Shown here piece by piece: positions 39,314-51,974 of a DNA stretch of 64,000 nt. The stretch covers positions 4,092,001 to 4,156,000 of the forward strand of contig CM120643.1 of the NCBI GenBank assembly GCA_051362555.1, written 5' to 3'. This DNA comes from Lingula anatina (Eukaryota; Animalia; Brachiopoda). The notes under the pieces were generated by a model, which worked only from the letters and a program-made list of their open reading frames with translations, did no database searches and was not told the origin of the DNA. Each line of letters starts with the position of its first letter. Within the stretch, counting starts at the first letter, position 1. The translations under genes were made by a program, and so were the position numbers.

Positions 39314-39830
39314 AATCAGGATGAAGGCAGATCGCTGTCCTAAAAAAAGTAATCTGAGATAATTTATATTTAATCAGGATGAAGGCGGGTCGCTGTCCTA
39401 AAAAAAGTAATCTGAGATAATTGATATTTAATCAGGATGAAGGCGGATCGCTGTCCTAAAAAAGTGAACATAATTTATATTTAATCAGGATGAAGGCGGG
39501 TCGCTGTCCTAAAAAAAGTAATCTGAGATAATTGATATTTAATCAGGATGAAGGCGGATTGCTGTCCTAAAAAAAGTAATCTGAGATAATTGATATTTAA
39601 TCAGGATGAAGGCGGATCGCTGTCCTAAAAAAAGTAATCTGAGATAATTGATATTTAATCAGGATGAAGGCGCATCGCTGTCCTAAAAAAAGGAATCTGA
39701 GGTAATTGGTATTTAATCAGGACGAAGGCGGATCGCTGTCCTAAAAAAAAGTAATCTGAGATTATTTCTATGTAATCAGGATGAAGGCGGATCGCTGTCC
39801 TAAAAAAAGTGATCTGATATAATTGATATT
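39314..39830 (+). repeat. ~58-bp minisatellite, 9 copies, in the Gypsy 3' UTR
   Basis: aatcaggatgaaggc at 39314, 39372, 39430, 39483, 39541, 39599, 39656, 39715, 39774. Confidence 0.95.
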
Positions 39831-40069
39831 AATTGGCATTTACTATTAAGAACAGATTCCAGAGCATATAGCACTCAAGATGTGACTTTATACAATATGA
39901 AAATTGAAAATAAGGTTGGGAGGAATGTTATATCCAATACATGGCTGCCGATTAGTTGCGTCTTGACTGGGGCCACCACCTGGTGGATGACATGGTAATA
40001 GGAACGAGTGTGAAAGAAGCACATGGCAAGTGAGACTCACGGCACCTGGTCATAGCAGATGATATGTAT

Positions 40070-42435
40070 TTGACCCAAGGTGGAGCAGTGGTCATTGCCC
40101 ACCATCACCCATCACCATGCCAAAAACACCTCCTTGCAGGTAGTGCACAAAATTATTGATTGGTTTTGTTTTACAAGTTGTGTTACAATAGATATTTTGT
40201 CTTCTATCCTTCCCATGTAGATCAACAAACCAGTTATCATATTTTGTGTTTTCCTTAAATTTTAATAAATTTTTTTATTTCTCTCATGATATACTTATCC
40301 CAGATTATTACAGCCATTGTTTATAGGCAATTTGTGTGCAAATTTCTCAAAAACCCCAGAATATTTGGCAGAGTTCTGTTTATGTAACTTTGTTTAGTTT
40401 AAGATTGTGACAGTTGTACCAGTCATAATTGTGCCCAGCAGCCTCCAAAATACATTTTAAACTTGTCTCTGTTCAGTCACCACTACTTTGATGTCTGTCA
40501 TATTAGGTGGACATTTGTCAGTATATTGTAGGTTAATTATTCTGCTGGCTCTTGTGGACTGTCAGAGTTCTGTCTTTTTATTAAGATAATTTATGTCACT
40601 TCATTCATAAAATCTTTTGTCTCTTTTTCCAGCTCCAGTCTCCATACAGCATGGTGTCTTCTAGGTGAACAGACTTTACCTGGCTGAACATGGGGGACAT
40701 GTGTTGTTAATATGAAATAGACAGGAAATAGCAGCTTCAGGAACATCCCTTCATCTCACACAATTGTGCAAAACAGCAAGTTTCAGGATGAATGGGTTGT
40801 GAAGAGCCAGAGACAGGACAGCCATGGTAAACAGGTAACTGGACTTCTTGCAGGTTGTGCACAAAATGAACAATTGGTTTTGTTTTTCAAATAACAGCGG
40901 GTATAATTGGTCTTATTTCTTACCTCTGTAGAGACACAAGGCCAGTTATAAAAAGTTTTGGATTTGAATGATTTAAGATGTGACTTAAAAAGCATGGGTT
41001 TTTATTATTATCCAAATTTCAATATTTAAAAAAATTAAAATTGTAATGTGCATTGTAGCTTTATTGTCATTAAATGCATACTTGATCCACCCATTTCATT
41101 TTTAAACAATACATTTCTTTAGTTTTAGCCATTAATCTTAAATTCACAAAACATATACAAATGAATACTTCAATTAAAATGTCGTTCATGGCATGTGCTT
41201 TAAACATAGTGGCTGAAAGTCATGTTCTTTGGTTGGCTGAAGCACTCGATTTTATTAGCTTCTGATCATCAGTGGTCAAGTGGTTGAATGCCTTGTATAA
41301 TAAATGTTTATCTTTTTTCCAGTTCACACAAATGATTTGACAGTTGTTGTACACATATGAAGCGTCTTTGTAGTGGCCTGCTTGATGTGGTTAGTTTGGG
41401 ATGAAATGTATTGGACCCAAAGTGGAGCAGTGGTCATTACTTCCCTGGGATGACCCATTGTCATGACAGTAACTGGACTGCTGGCAGGTTGTACACTAAT
41501 GGTTGATAGTGTTTTACAAGTCACGTGACAGTATATTATTGGTCTCTTAATCTTCCTCCTTTGAGAAAAAAAAAAGCAACAATCATATTTTGTTCCCTTA
41601 AAGTCTGAGTAATTTTGTCATGATTTAAATTTTATGTTAGTAATTTCCTTAGTGACTTCTCTCAAATTACTCCTCAGAAAATGTCTTTCAATTAGTCCAG
41701 CCAATTGATATCATTATTCCAGAATTTTTCAATTGTTAGGCAGATTGTGTGCAAATGTCACAAAAATTCCAACAGATTTGGCAGTGTTCTGTTTATATAA
41801 TTGTGTTCAATCTGAGAATGTGCTGGTCTCAGCAGTCACAATTGTGTCCAGTAGCCTCCAAAAGACAAGGTCATTGTTAACTTATCACAGTTCAATCACC
41901 ACAACAATGATGTCTACCATATAAGGTGGGCACTTGGCAGTGTAACATAGTTTTAATATTTTTTCCAAATGGCTCTGGTGGACTGTCAGGTTTTTGTCTT
42001 TTCTTTGTATTAAGATAATTAGTGTTCCTTCACTTATACATTGTCATGTCTCTTTTCCAGCTCCAGTCTCCATACAGCATGGTGTCTTCTAGGTGAACTG
42101 ACTTTACCTGGCTGAACATGGGGGGATGTATTTTATAAGAAGCAGACATAAAAAGGCAGCAACAGGAACATCTTCATCTCACCCAGTTGTGCAAGACACG
42201 GGATGTGGCAAGTTTTAGGATGAATGAACAGCCAGAGACCAGACAGCCATTGTAAACAGATAACTGGACCTCTTGGAAATAGTAGACAAAATGTATGGCA
42301 TTTTTTTTAATATACACAAGTAAGGATTGATAGGTAATTCGTTTCCCCTCTTTCCTTTGTATAGAGACACATAATTGTAACTTTTTTTGGGGGGAGGGGG
42401 GTGAAATGATTATTTCAATGTGGAAAAGCATGGAT
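40070..42435. repeat. Old diverged direct duplication (~40070-41000 vs ~41410-42435)
   Basis: Shared blocks gacccaa.gtggagcagtggtcatt and ttttccagctccagtctccatacagcatggtgtcttctaggtgaac.gactttacctggctgaacatggggg. Confidence 0.85.
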
Positions 42436-42789
42436 TATCATGAATAAATCTAATGTTTCACTGCTTTAATTGTAACATAAATGTTATTTTTATAGTCATT
42501 AGTTGTTTTATTAATCACGCCTGTCATTTGTTAAGAATTTGAACCAATTCACCTTGTACACACAAAACACAAAATGAACACTTATATTTTAATTTGATCA
42601 CCATTACATATGAGCAGTATCAAATAAATATCTAGTATCGTGATGCAAAAATAATTTTGTGCATTTTACAAAAGCATCCTATATATATGAATAGTATATC
42701 ATTAGATGGTTCCTAACAATAGTTTGCACTATATTACAGAGATGATCCAGTTGCATTGCAAACAATTAAACTTATTTCATTTATGTTTT

Positions 42790-43220
42790 TAGCAAGTACA
42801 CTTCTGGAATTGTGTAAAGAGCTGCTGGCAGACCAAGAGGTCAGTTTTATCCTGAGTGAGGGAGAGTGCTGCCAGAACCACCCAGAACAAGACTTCCAAA
42901 CACGGCAGATCCTGTGGAGCCAGTTATATGAAACAGTACAATTACACAACAAATGTGGGTTCCAGGTAACACAAAGAATCAATTTCCCCCACATGCATAG
43001 AAACTATAGAGGCAGGGAGATTGTGTTGGACAATACTCTATCACTGAAGATGAATAGACACAATGGAAATGTTTAAAAGTGAGTTGACATTTCAGCTCAG
43101 TTGTAATGTGTTATAATAATTTTCCCCATATACATGGAAACTGTTACAGTACTAGTAGAGGTAGCATATACAGTGAGATTGTGGTAGACAATAAGCCATC
43201 ACTGAAGAGAAAAAGACTTC
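42790..43220 (+). mobile_element. P-element/THAP9-like transposase C-terminal relic, with its end locally duplicated
   Basis: STLLELCKELLADQEVSFILSE..CQNHPEQDF..RNYRGREIVLDN, resembling the xLSERFxQDPLExxF..GNxRG pattern. Confidence 0.6.
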
Positions 43221-43675
43221 AGTGAATGTTTAAATGTGAATTTATATTTCAGGTCAGATATGATGTGTTATAGATGATCTCTGTTATTGTGAGGTTATTA
43301 AGGTATAATTGCAAGTTTTATCACATATTTATTATATACAGACACTTTCAGACTGTCTATATTCTGATCACTGTGTCTGTCCAGTGTCATTGTCATAGTC
43401 AGCACTTTGTGACACATCTGTTGTTTACCCTAAAACTGGTAAACTGTATTTTTGTTTTGAATTCCTCTAGAAACTCTTGCATGATTTGATTATTTTATGA
43501 TATTGTTTTGTTATTGTTAGCAGTTTGGATATGATGCTACAGTATTTCCTGAGTATATCAAATTCAAGTAATTTCTGATTCTGATATTTATTTTAATTAC
43601 TAAATATTGTCATCTTGTGAATTTATGAAATTATTATAAGTTAATTGTTAAATGATTTGTCAGGTGCATGACAGT

Positions 43676-43850
43676 AGTCAGAAGGTTCATTGGTCTGATA
43701 GTTTGATGATGCCAAGATCCAATGATTCAAAAGGTTCAATAGTCAGAAGGTTCATTGGTCTGATAGTTTGATGATGCAAATGTCCAGTTGTTCCGAAGGT
43801 TTGCTAGTCAGAAGGTTCACTTGCCTGAGATTTCATGGTTCAAAGGTTGT
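43676..43850 (+). repeat. 65-bp tandem repeat (~2.5 copies)
   Basis: agtcagaaggttca at 43676, 43741, 43806. Confidence 0.8.
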
Positions 43851-44044
43851 AAAGCCCAAAGTATGAAAGGTATGTAGTGTAATATAGCAATGATAGGATT
43901 TTTTAGAGGAAGAAAACATGAACTATTTAACACAATTGATTTCTAATAAATATCTACAGTTGTTTTTTATTCGGATTTCGTCTATTGTTGATGTCTGGCT
44001 GCATTGAAAATGAGCATGTTTAAATAAATTGTTAACTGCTAATA

Positions 44045-44900
44045 TTATTATTATTATTATTTATTGCGGTTCAAGTACATTTTTTACAATGACTATGACC
44101 TAACAGTATACATTATATAACCATATAACTAAAATTACAATAATAAATTACAATATTGTTTATACAATAACTGCGATCAGATTTTACAATTGCAGTATAT
44201 GCTCAGTTACTTTGGTTGACTAGGTGGTGGTTGGTTGAGAATATTTTTTCTTTCTTTATTACACATTGTGATATAGTGGGCCACATTCTTTATAACATCT
44301 AAATCGTTTGACTGCATTATACATTTGAACTGGCCCTCTGGGGTTTGTGTAGGATCTGGTTTTAGGATCTCCCTGTGTTTGGTGTGTAAGGGGCATTTTA
44401 AAAGAAAGTGTATTTCGTTTTCGACTTCATCTGAGTATAACTTGCAGATCCTTTCTTCAGGGGGTATTGGTTTTGGTTTTCAGTATGTGCCTCTTTGGAT
44501 TTCTAAGTCGTGTGCCCCTGTTCTAAATTTTGCCAAATTTTGCATTTCATGTTTTGGTATAGGTGCTGTTGTGTACGCTTCCCTTTCATAATTTGTTTTA
44601 AATAATCGATATGTACGAAGTATGCTGTTTTCTCGCTCTATTTCTTTGAGAAACAAAAAGGTATAGTGACTTTCCAGTGCATTTTTTACTTCTGCTTTCG
44701 AGGGGGTATTAGTCGGTGTTTTGATTAGATTTGACCAATTTTTTACCTGTGTGTCGTGTTTTGTTTCATATTCATACATTGTTTTTGCCATGCGCTGCTT
44801 TGGCATTTCAGAAAATCTTCGCCAGTAGGATGTAGCATGACCAATTATGTCATGTGTAATTGGGAATATGCCTAGTTCTGCCTTAGCTGCTATATTTGAT
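44045..44900 (-). mobile_element. 5'-truncated RTEX-type LINE (ORF2 C-terminus, (TAA)n tail)
   Basis: AAKAELGIFP..LRTYRLFK..LAKFRTGAHDLEIQRGTY..PEERICKL..VENEIHFLLKCP; (TTA)n at 44045-44065. Confidence 0.85.
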
Positions 44901-45189
44901 ACAACAAAATTTTAGACCTCTTACCTGTCAAAATTCACATATTAAGGAAATTGGATTGCTATTCAGGTAAAGTGTACAAAATATAAGATATCAGTATAGT
45001 TGCTAAAATATAGTTGCTACAAATTCCATTTTTATGTTGTGAAAAAGAGAGACAGCAGATGGGTAAAAACTCTTTAAAAACCTTTTGAATCCTTTAAAAC
45101 ATGAAAGTCTACAGTAGCTTTATTAAGAAATTAAAAAGACCGTGTGCAGGATGGGTGTAGTCAGACATAATTGTTCATGTTTTTGCTGC

Positions 45190-48100
45190 TTATCTTTCTG
45201 GATAAATGGCACTTATAGAGGGGAGATCGAAACCAATGATTTTGCTACATGTACATGTCACTTTCTTTTGGACTATAAATTTAAAGTGAATGCACTGCTC
45301 TATACACATCAAGGGAGTGTCATGGCCTGCATTGTACCCATTCTTTTGATGGACCTGTGCTCTGGAAATGTTCTCTTGGGCTTCAATCAACTTGGAAAAC
45401 ATATCTGATGGCTGTCAAGGGCTTCTTGCTCTGTTACCTCTGAGGTGGGGTTTCCAATTGGAAATTTGTCTTCATTTAGAAGAGATGCCTCTTTGCCAAA
45501 TGCCAAAATGAAAGGCGTCTGTGGTTCTGTATGCAAGGAGACATGGGTCAATGAACTCATCCCAGTTGTCTTGATGGGCATTTGCATACTTTGTGAGATA
45601 GTTGCAGACAGTCCTGTTGTAGCGTTCACATTGTCCATTCGCCTGAGGGTGGCAGGCTGTACTACGATGATTATTGATGCCAAGTTGCTGATATAATCTC
45701 TCATTTACTTGGTTACGGAATTTGCGCCCTTGGTCGGGAATTAGCACCTTGACACTAGCATAACGGAACACAACTTTCGTTATAGATATAGCTATAACTG
45801 AGGCTTTCTTGCTTGAAATTGCTTCTGCTTCTGGTCACTTTGTCAGGAAGTCTGTTAGAACAATAATGTACCTGTTTCCTCTTGGCGTTTTATTCAGTGG
45901 TCCGAGTAAGTCCATTACAAATTGGACAAAGGTCTGGGGCCGTATTCTCAAAACTTTGTAACTTACAACAATTTGTAACCTATTTACGTGAATTTGTATC
46001 TTAGACTTACACGGTATTCTCAAAACTCTTGTAAGTCTCGGACTTACAAACTCTTGTAACTTTTCACGTAACTTTCCGGAAGTGACGTTTGGTCCATGAA
46101 TAACCCGCATAGACGTATTTCACTGCCGTGCTTTGCGGCGATAAAACGCTTATCTAGACATAAAAGTCTCTTGAAATGTATTGAGAATCATTCAAAAAGA
46201 CGTTTCTTAACATTTTCTTACAAGTTTTCGTCGGAAAATTCACTCATTTTAAATGTGCTTCCTCCGACATGCGAGCTCAGAAATCGGACTTGGCTCCTCT
46301 TGTGGGATTCCCCCAGCTGGGATTCCCCAAGTTTGCCGCTAGCAAAAAGCACTTTATTTCATTAAATTTACAATGAAAACGTGTGTGAATATTTCTTACA
46401 GTAAGTAGCTTATAATAAACACTCACCACATTGTTCAAATTTGATACTTGCTTGGATTTCATGCTATCTTAGGATACCAAAGCCACACAAATAAGTTCAC
46501 ACAATTCCTCTCTATTATAAGGCATTCAATTAGATATAAAAGTGTTAATTTTATTTCAATATATAAACTTTGTTATTAAATATGAGTGAGTATTTTTTTT
46601 TCTATGATGAAGAGTTAATAAATGATATCTTCATGTTAAGCCACAAATAATCACACAAATTAATTCACACAAATAAGTTGGACCAACTTTTCAAAAATGA
46701 CATTCAATTTAATATGAACATGTTATTTTAAAATAAAATTGATAACTGTGATCAATTAATGGGTGTTGGTATAAAAGTGAAAATATTCTTCCCGTACACC
46801 TTTGTTGTTACCATAAAGAGTGAGTATTTTTTAATGTCAGTATGAAATGCACATTGTACTGGTACAAATGAACATGTACCTACAGGTTGGCTAGTATAAG
46901 CAGTAAAAAATTGAAAATAAAGGATTCTGTAAGTAAATAAAAACATGATTATAATAATAAATTTGGTAACTGATTACTCAGTCACATTTTCAATAATTTC
47001 AGGTATTTTTTGTTTCATATATTATCTACTAATTTACACTCACTGAAACTTAAAAAATATTCTTTCCTTCTGGATTTTTTCACCAACAGTTGTCATATGA
47101 GATGTAAATTCTTTACAAGTGCCTGTGTTCTTGTTTTATTTCACTGCAGCTGAGACTTACAAAACCTTGACAAAGATTCATTTTAGGTGTATTAAATCAT
47201 TTTGAACCTTGAAATGTGCTTGAATTTAGTTTATAATCTGGGTGCATGAAGGCAGTAATTCACAGGAAGGGGAGATATTCCTTTTTGGACATTATTTAAT
47301 TTCTATTTTTTAATGTTTCATCCCCAGTGTGTATAAAATTTAATTTAAATGATATATTACTTCCTCTTTTCTTTGTTATAGAAACTTATGAGTGACTTTA
47401 CATTGCCCTCATTTGCATTTAAAGAGTCCTTGAAAAGCAACTGAATTAGTCTCAAAATTCTTATAAAATCCTTGAATTTGTTATGTTTATGTATGAACCT
47501 TGACATTGCACACTTTAATCATAGAAAGTTACACAAACATCCATGATAACTCACAAACAATTAAAATAAAAAGTGAAAGGTAATGATTATCCCTAAAACT
47601 GACTTAAGAAAAAAAGAAAAGAAAAGTTCTGTGACTACAAATTACAAGCCACAGCTGAAATATATTTCATAGCGAATTATAAGATGTTTCTATTTGTTTA
47701 CTCAAATTAAACAAATCAGTTTCCTGAAAATAGAGGGAAATTCACTGTACAGTGCATGCAATTTTAGTTTCAGCCATAACATGATGATAAGAAATACAAA
47801 ATACTTCTTTATCCAAAACAAAACCCAAAATAATTCCTAATGAGCGATATATGATGAAAAGAGACATAATCTTGTGTGTGCATGTATGTGTGCATGTATG
47901 TGTGAGTGCATCATAAAAGAGAAAATACAGAAAAAAATGATAAGCATTAAAACTTTCAGGTATTATTATTGTTATTCATTATTATTGTAACAAGACTAGA
48001 TCTAAATATTTGTATTCTTCGAGGAACTTAAATAATGAAATATACTTATTTCTTTGGCAAAAAGTTTTTTTTTAATTTTAAAATTAATATGGTATATATT

Positions 48101-49720
48101 GGTTTTACTTTCCCTTATCTTAGAACTGCAGCAAGTAGATGGGACTATGCAGGAATTATATTTTGCAATTGCAGTATGAAATCAATTTAAAAATGAAACA
48201 GTAGCAAGAAAACAGCTATAATTGTTGAGATCAAAGTGCAATCTAAGCAAGTGTCAGTTTACTCTAAATAAGAATTTACTCTGTAACTTTGTAATAAGTA
48301 CAATGTTATATAAGGAAAGCCATAAGTGGAATACTATCAAAAATGCCAATATGTACAATATTTTACTAACTCACACATAACTAGTAAGTCTTTTTTGGTA
48401 TTTAAAACAGTTTAAAGTCATTTGTTTTTTCCATCGATGATAATTATCTCATTATTTGAACTGGACCTCCTTCATTTAAATGGATAAACCGAGCCTTTTA
48501 AATTAGTTAAAATACTGTTTAAATATCTAAAATCACTCGAAAGTAGATGATAAGTCATTATTATCATCATTGAACCCTGCCAATCCATCATTATTTACAG
48601 AACCTACAAAATAAAGTTAATGAAACTTATGTATAGTTTTAAATGCAGCCATCAGCTGATCGAGGTCACCATGACGTGCCGAAAAGGGGGTCAACATTTG
48701 CAACTTTTTATCTACACGTTTCTATTCCTTTGGCAGCCTCTCGATACTTTTTGATACATAGTGTGCAGTATCTCATTTTAAAGCATTTGAAACATACTTT
48801 TTTGTGATGTAGAAGGCATATATTTTCTCCACCACATGTATGGAATAGAGCCATAAGAACCTGAGTCAATGAATTGCAGATAAAAATGGCGATTTTCAGA
48901 CACACCTTCACGACAAAATCTCACAGAAAATTTGTAAATAATATAATGACAGCAAACATTATACATCAGTTAAAAGATAACTTTGTTCCGAACAAAACCC
49001 CATCTATTAACCTCGTTTTTTTAGTATAATTTTAATTTATTCACTGACTAAACATGTATCTTCATCCTAAAAAAGTCGGAAGCTTCAGAAACTGAAATTC
49101 AACCGTCGTTCGATTGATTAATCTTGACTAACAACTAAAGTGTTTTATATCGCCAAAAAGCTCATTAACTTGGCTTTCTCACAACACTAGTAATTCTCTC
49201 ACATTTTTTAAAAAGTATCAGTTTTCATTTTAGTTTAAAAATTCGGACACCCTGCCAAACTGCCATGTTGCCATCGCGCGATCGATAGAAACGTATTTTT
49301 CTCATCTAAATCGTTAACTTAAGGCAACTAACCTGAAATATCCGAAAGGCTAACCTTTCTCGCTGATAATAAAACATCCAAGGTTAAATAATTTTACTTG
49401 CTGTCAAAAATATCCGACAATAAACCTGAGCATAAAATTCCCGCAGACAACACTTTCTTCCCGACTTTTCACCAAGTGCGCATGCGTACAACTTTTCGTA
49501 GCGACTTACAACAGGTCGGAGGCAGTTGTAAATTTACGTGCATATTTACAAGAGTTTGTAACTTACAAACCTTCGAGAATACCAACTTACGTGAACGATC
49601 GGACTTACGTGAAAATTTACAAGAATTTGTAAGTTACAACCTTTCGAGAATACGGCCCCTGGTCAAGAAGTGGGATTGGATGTAGCCTAGATGGTGCCTT
49701 CGCAAGCATATTGGTGCGCT
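45190..49720 (-). mobile_element. Gypsy-type integrase relic, probably Ginger/GIN-like, split by a 3.7-kb Harbinger insertion
   Basis: Joining 49662-49720 to 45933 and below gives ..RLHP/IPLLDQTFVQFVMDLLGPLNKTPRGNRYIIVLTDFLTK*PEA..IPDQGRKF..HPQANGQCERYN..NWDEFI..AQENISRAQ. Preceded by a splice acceptor (tttatccttttccag). Confidence 0.8.
45937..49658. mobile_element. 3.7-kb non-autonomous PIF/Harbinger-type DNA transposon
   Basis: TIRs gggccgtattctcaaaa.tttgtaacttacaa / ttgtaagttacaacctttcgagaatacggccc; 3-bp TSD CTG; repeated subterminal cttac/gtaag motifs; no recognisable ORF inside. Confidence 0.9.
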
Positions 49721-50633
49721 GGAAAAGGATAAATAAAACTTTATTAATTTTTCTTGTAAGAATGCAATTTATGTACAATTATCTATTCACTTGAAAAACA
49801 GTGCTCAACCCATTGCTGGGGAGCTTAAATAATACAAAAATGGTTATCATCTTTTCTTTTCCCAAAATATGTTGGAAGCTATGTAAATATTCATCTTACT
49901 ACTTGTGGAATGTGAACTTCCATGTCAAAATGGTACTTATTTCATTTTTAGTGTAAACAATCAGCCCCTTTGGGAGTCAAGATGTCATTGGGGGAGGGAG
50001 TCAGATTTACATGTTACACCAGTTTTAAACATGTGATAGTTCAATGTGCTTTCCTTTTTTAAAAGAAAATAAAACCAACCAATCATTTGTAGTTTTTAAT
50101 ATAGTTGAGTCTTTCTCTACACATCAGTTGTTCTTGTGAGTTCAATCTACACTTCTGGCAGACGTAAAATTGGTCCTCTTCTCTGATTAGATGTGGAAAG
50201 AGCTGCCATATGTTTCATACAGAAATGCATATTGCTTGATGTTGAGATTTTCATGTCAAGAAGTTTTTGGTCTGTCTGTTTTTTTGGTTGCTTGCTAGCA
50301 TACGGAATTAGAGATTGGAGAGAAATGAAATCCAGTGAAGGGACAGATTTTGAATGAGCACGGTAAATAATAATACATATAGCTCTAGTATGTAGTCATT
50401 TAGTGTCAGAAGTAGGAAAGAGGCCAAATAAAACTTTGATATGATGATAACTGTTATACAAAAATCTTTATCAAATTAGTTGTAGACCCTAAGGTACATG
50501 TTCTCATATTCAATTTTTTAAAAATACTTTATGTTTGAAGAGACATGCACAATTACCTTTCAACTTCTGTTTTGTTATATTTTTAGTCAGTGACTAAAGG
50601 TCATTGTAAGGCATATTATCATATACAACAATA

Positions 50634-50830
50634 TCAACAGATTGCAACTGGGGGTCTCTGACAGCAAACCCTTTCTGCTGCAGTTGGCACAGGCCTGCAA
50701 TTGGTACAGATACACCAGTCTGGTGTAACATCTGGCTGAGGTACAGGGAACGGCTGTCTGTTATGTATGTTGTCTGTGGTTCTGGACTGACGCTTCTCAA
50801 AATAACATGTGTACACCATTCGATGCATTT
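50634..50830 (-). pseudogene. P2X7-C-terminal-like Cys-rich domain fragment (Kolobok accessory-protein type)
   Basis: PDWCICTNCRPVPTAAERVCC matches the WCxCxxCxxMPTxxExxCC motif. Confidence 0.7.
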
Positions 50831-51169
50831 GATGGAACTGACTTTATTGGTCTTATCACAAGTACATATCAATGTGCAGAGGCGCAGTGCTACGCGCCAC
50901 ACAATCTAGTCCCTTAGATACATAATACTGTCCACAGTGCCCAGGGATATTGTTGATTAGAATTTTCTTTATGTCCAATGCCAGTGATGGGTTTCTGTTG
51001 GCATTTTAACAACAGTGTCAGTTAGGACATCTTTTTCAACATTTATATCACACTTGGCTTAAAATAAATGCCAAAATATTAGATAAGGTCCTAAGATAAG
51101 TTGTTTAGAGGTCTACCTGTATTTTTAATTAACCCTGTAATGATTGTAAAACTACTCCAATTGTCTAGT

Positions 51170-51770
51170 GATGTAGTTATATGTGTCACCTTTACTGATT
51201 GGGTCTTAACCTCACATGGAAACATTACCAGTTTCCCCTACAAAAACTCTCATACAAGTGTCTTCTCATCTGCTCTTGACCCAAAACAATGCCATACAGG
51301 TCAACCTTGTTGGCTTAACACACAGCTGTTGCAATGGCAAATAGGCCACAATCTTGACCACCAACTTGTCTCTTTGGAGAATGCATTTCAACACTCATTT
51401 TACCATTGACCCTGTTATAAAAATTAGAATACAAACTCAACAATTGAGCCCTTAAATTAGGTGTCAGTCTTGGTGTTAATGAGTCATACACAACTAGCTT
51501 TTTGTTGACACATGCAGATACTACCCAATGTAAACCAACATGATGAATTTGAATTCCATCTGTAACCATAGGTTGTATCCCCAAACCAGAGGCCAAGAGG
51601 AGAGTAGCTAAAAGCACCCCCTCCCCTCCCCCCCCCCCCCCCCCCCCCCCCCAAAATTTGATAAGTCTTTGTGCTGCTCCATTACCTAAAAGTGTATTTA
51701 TGTCCCCCTTGGTTAGCCTGACACCTCTAACAGCGAGATTTTCATTTTCATTCTCTGCCCTAGCTGTCAT
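51170..51770 (-). pseudogene. Ulp1/SENP (C48)-like cysteine protease relic, transposon-associated
   Basis: Catalytic H-D-Q-C motifs LHWVV, VYDSL, QVGGQDCGLFAIA, then a stop and QMRRHL..FP. The WLND segment is deleted in this copy. Confidence 0.85.
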
Positions 51771-51935
51771 TGTCTGTGCCTGATTCAGACTCTGCCGTGT
51801 CATGGGACAGTTGCTATGTCGTGATGGGAATTTCAGGTGGTACTCAACCACACCCTCACTGTCACAGACATGTATTTTCTGTCATCATGTGTTTCTGTTA
51901 TCATCTGTTTTATGTGCTAGTAATTTGCTGCATAC

Positions 51936-51974
<39 letters not shown>

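Larger units (their letters stand above)
38110..39960 (+). mobile_element. Rearranged Gypsy/Ty3 LTR retrotransposon 3' relic (RNase H end, integrase C-terminus, PPT, LTR start)
   Basis: LPPRIEKLVMDLQDVNYEVVYEPGK..DYLFRHP; DYVLVKQNRRNKLSTPYEP; TRPKRTIRQPGYFKDYVLK*; purine tract aaggttgggaggaa followed by TGT at 39926. Confidence 0.85.

Noticed and set aside
39314-39830. CRISPR-like regular repeats
   Set aside because: Intervening sequence is also repeated (no unique spacers), context is eukaryotic and there are no cas genes
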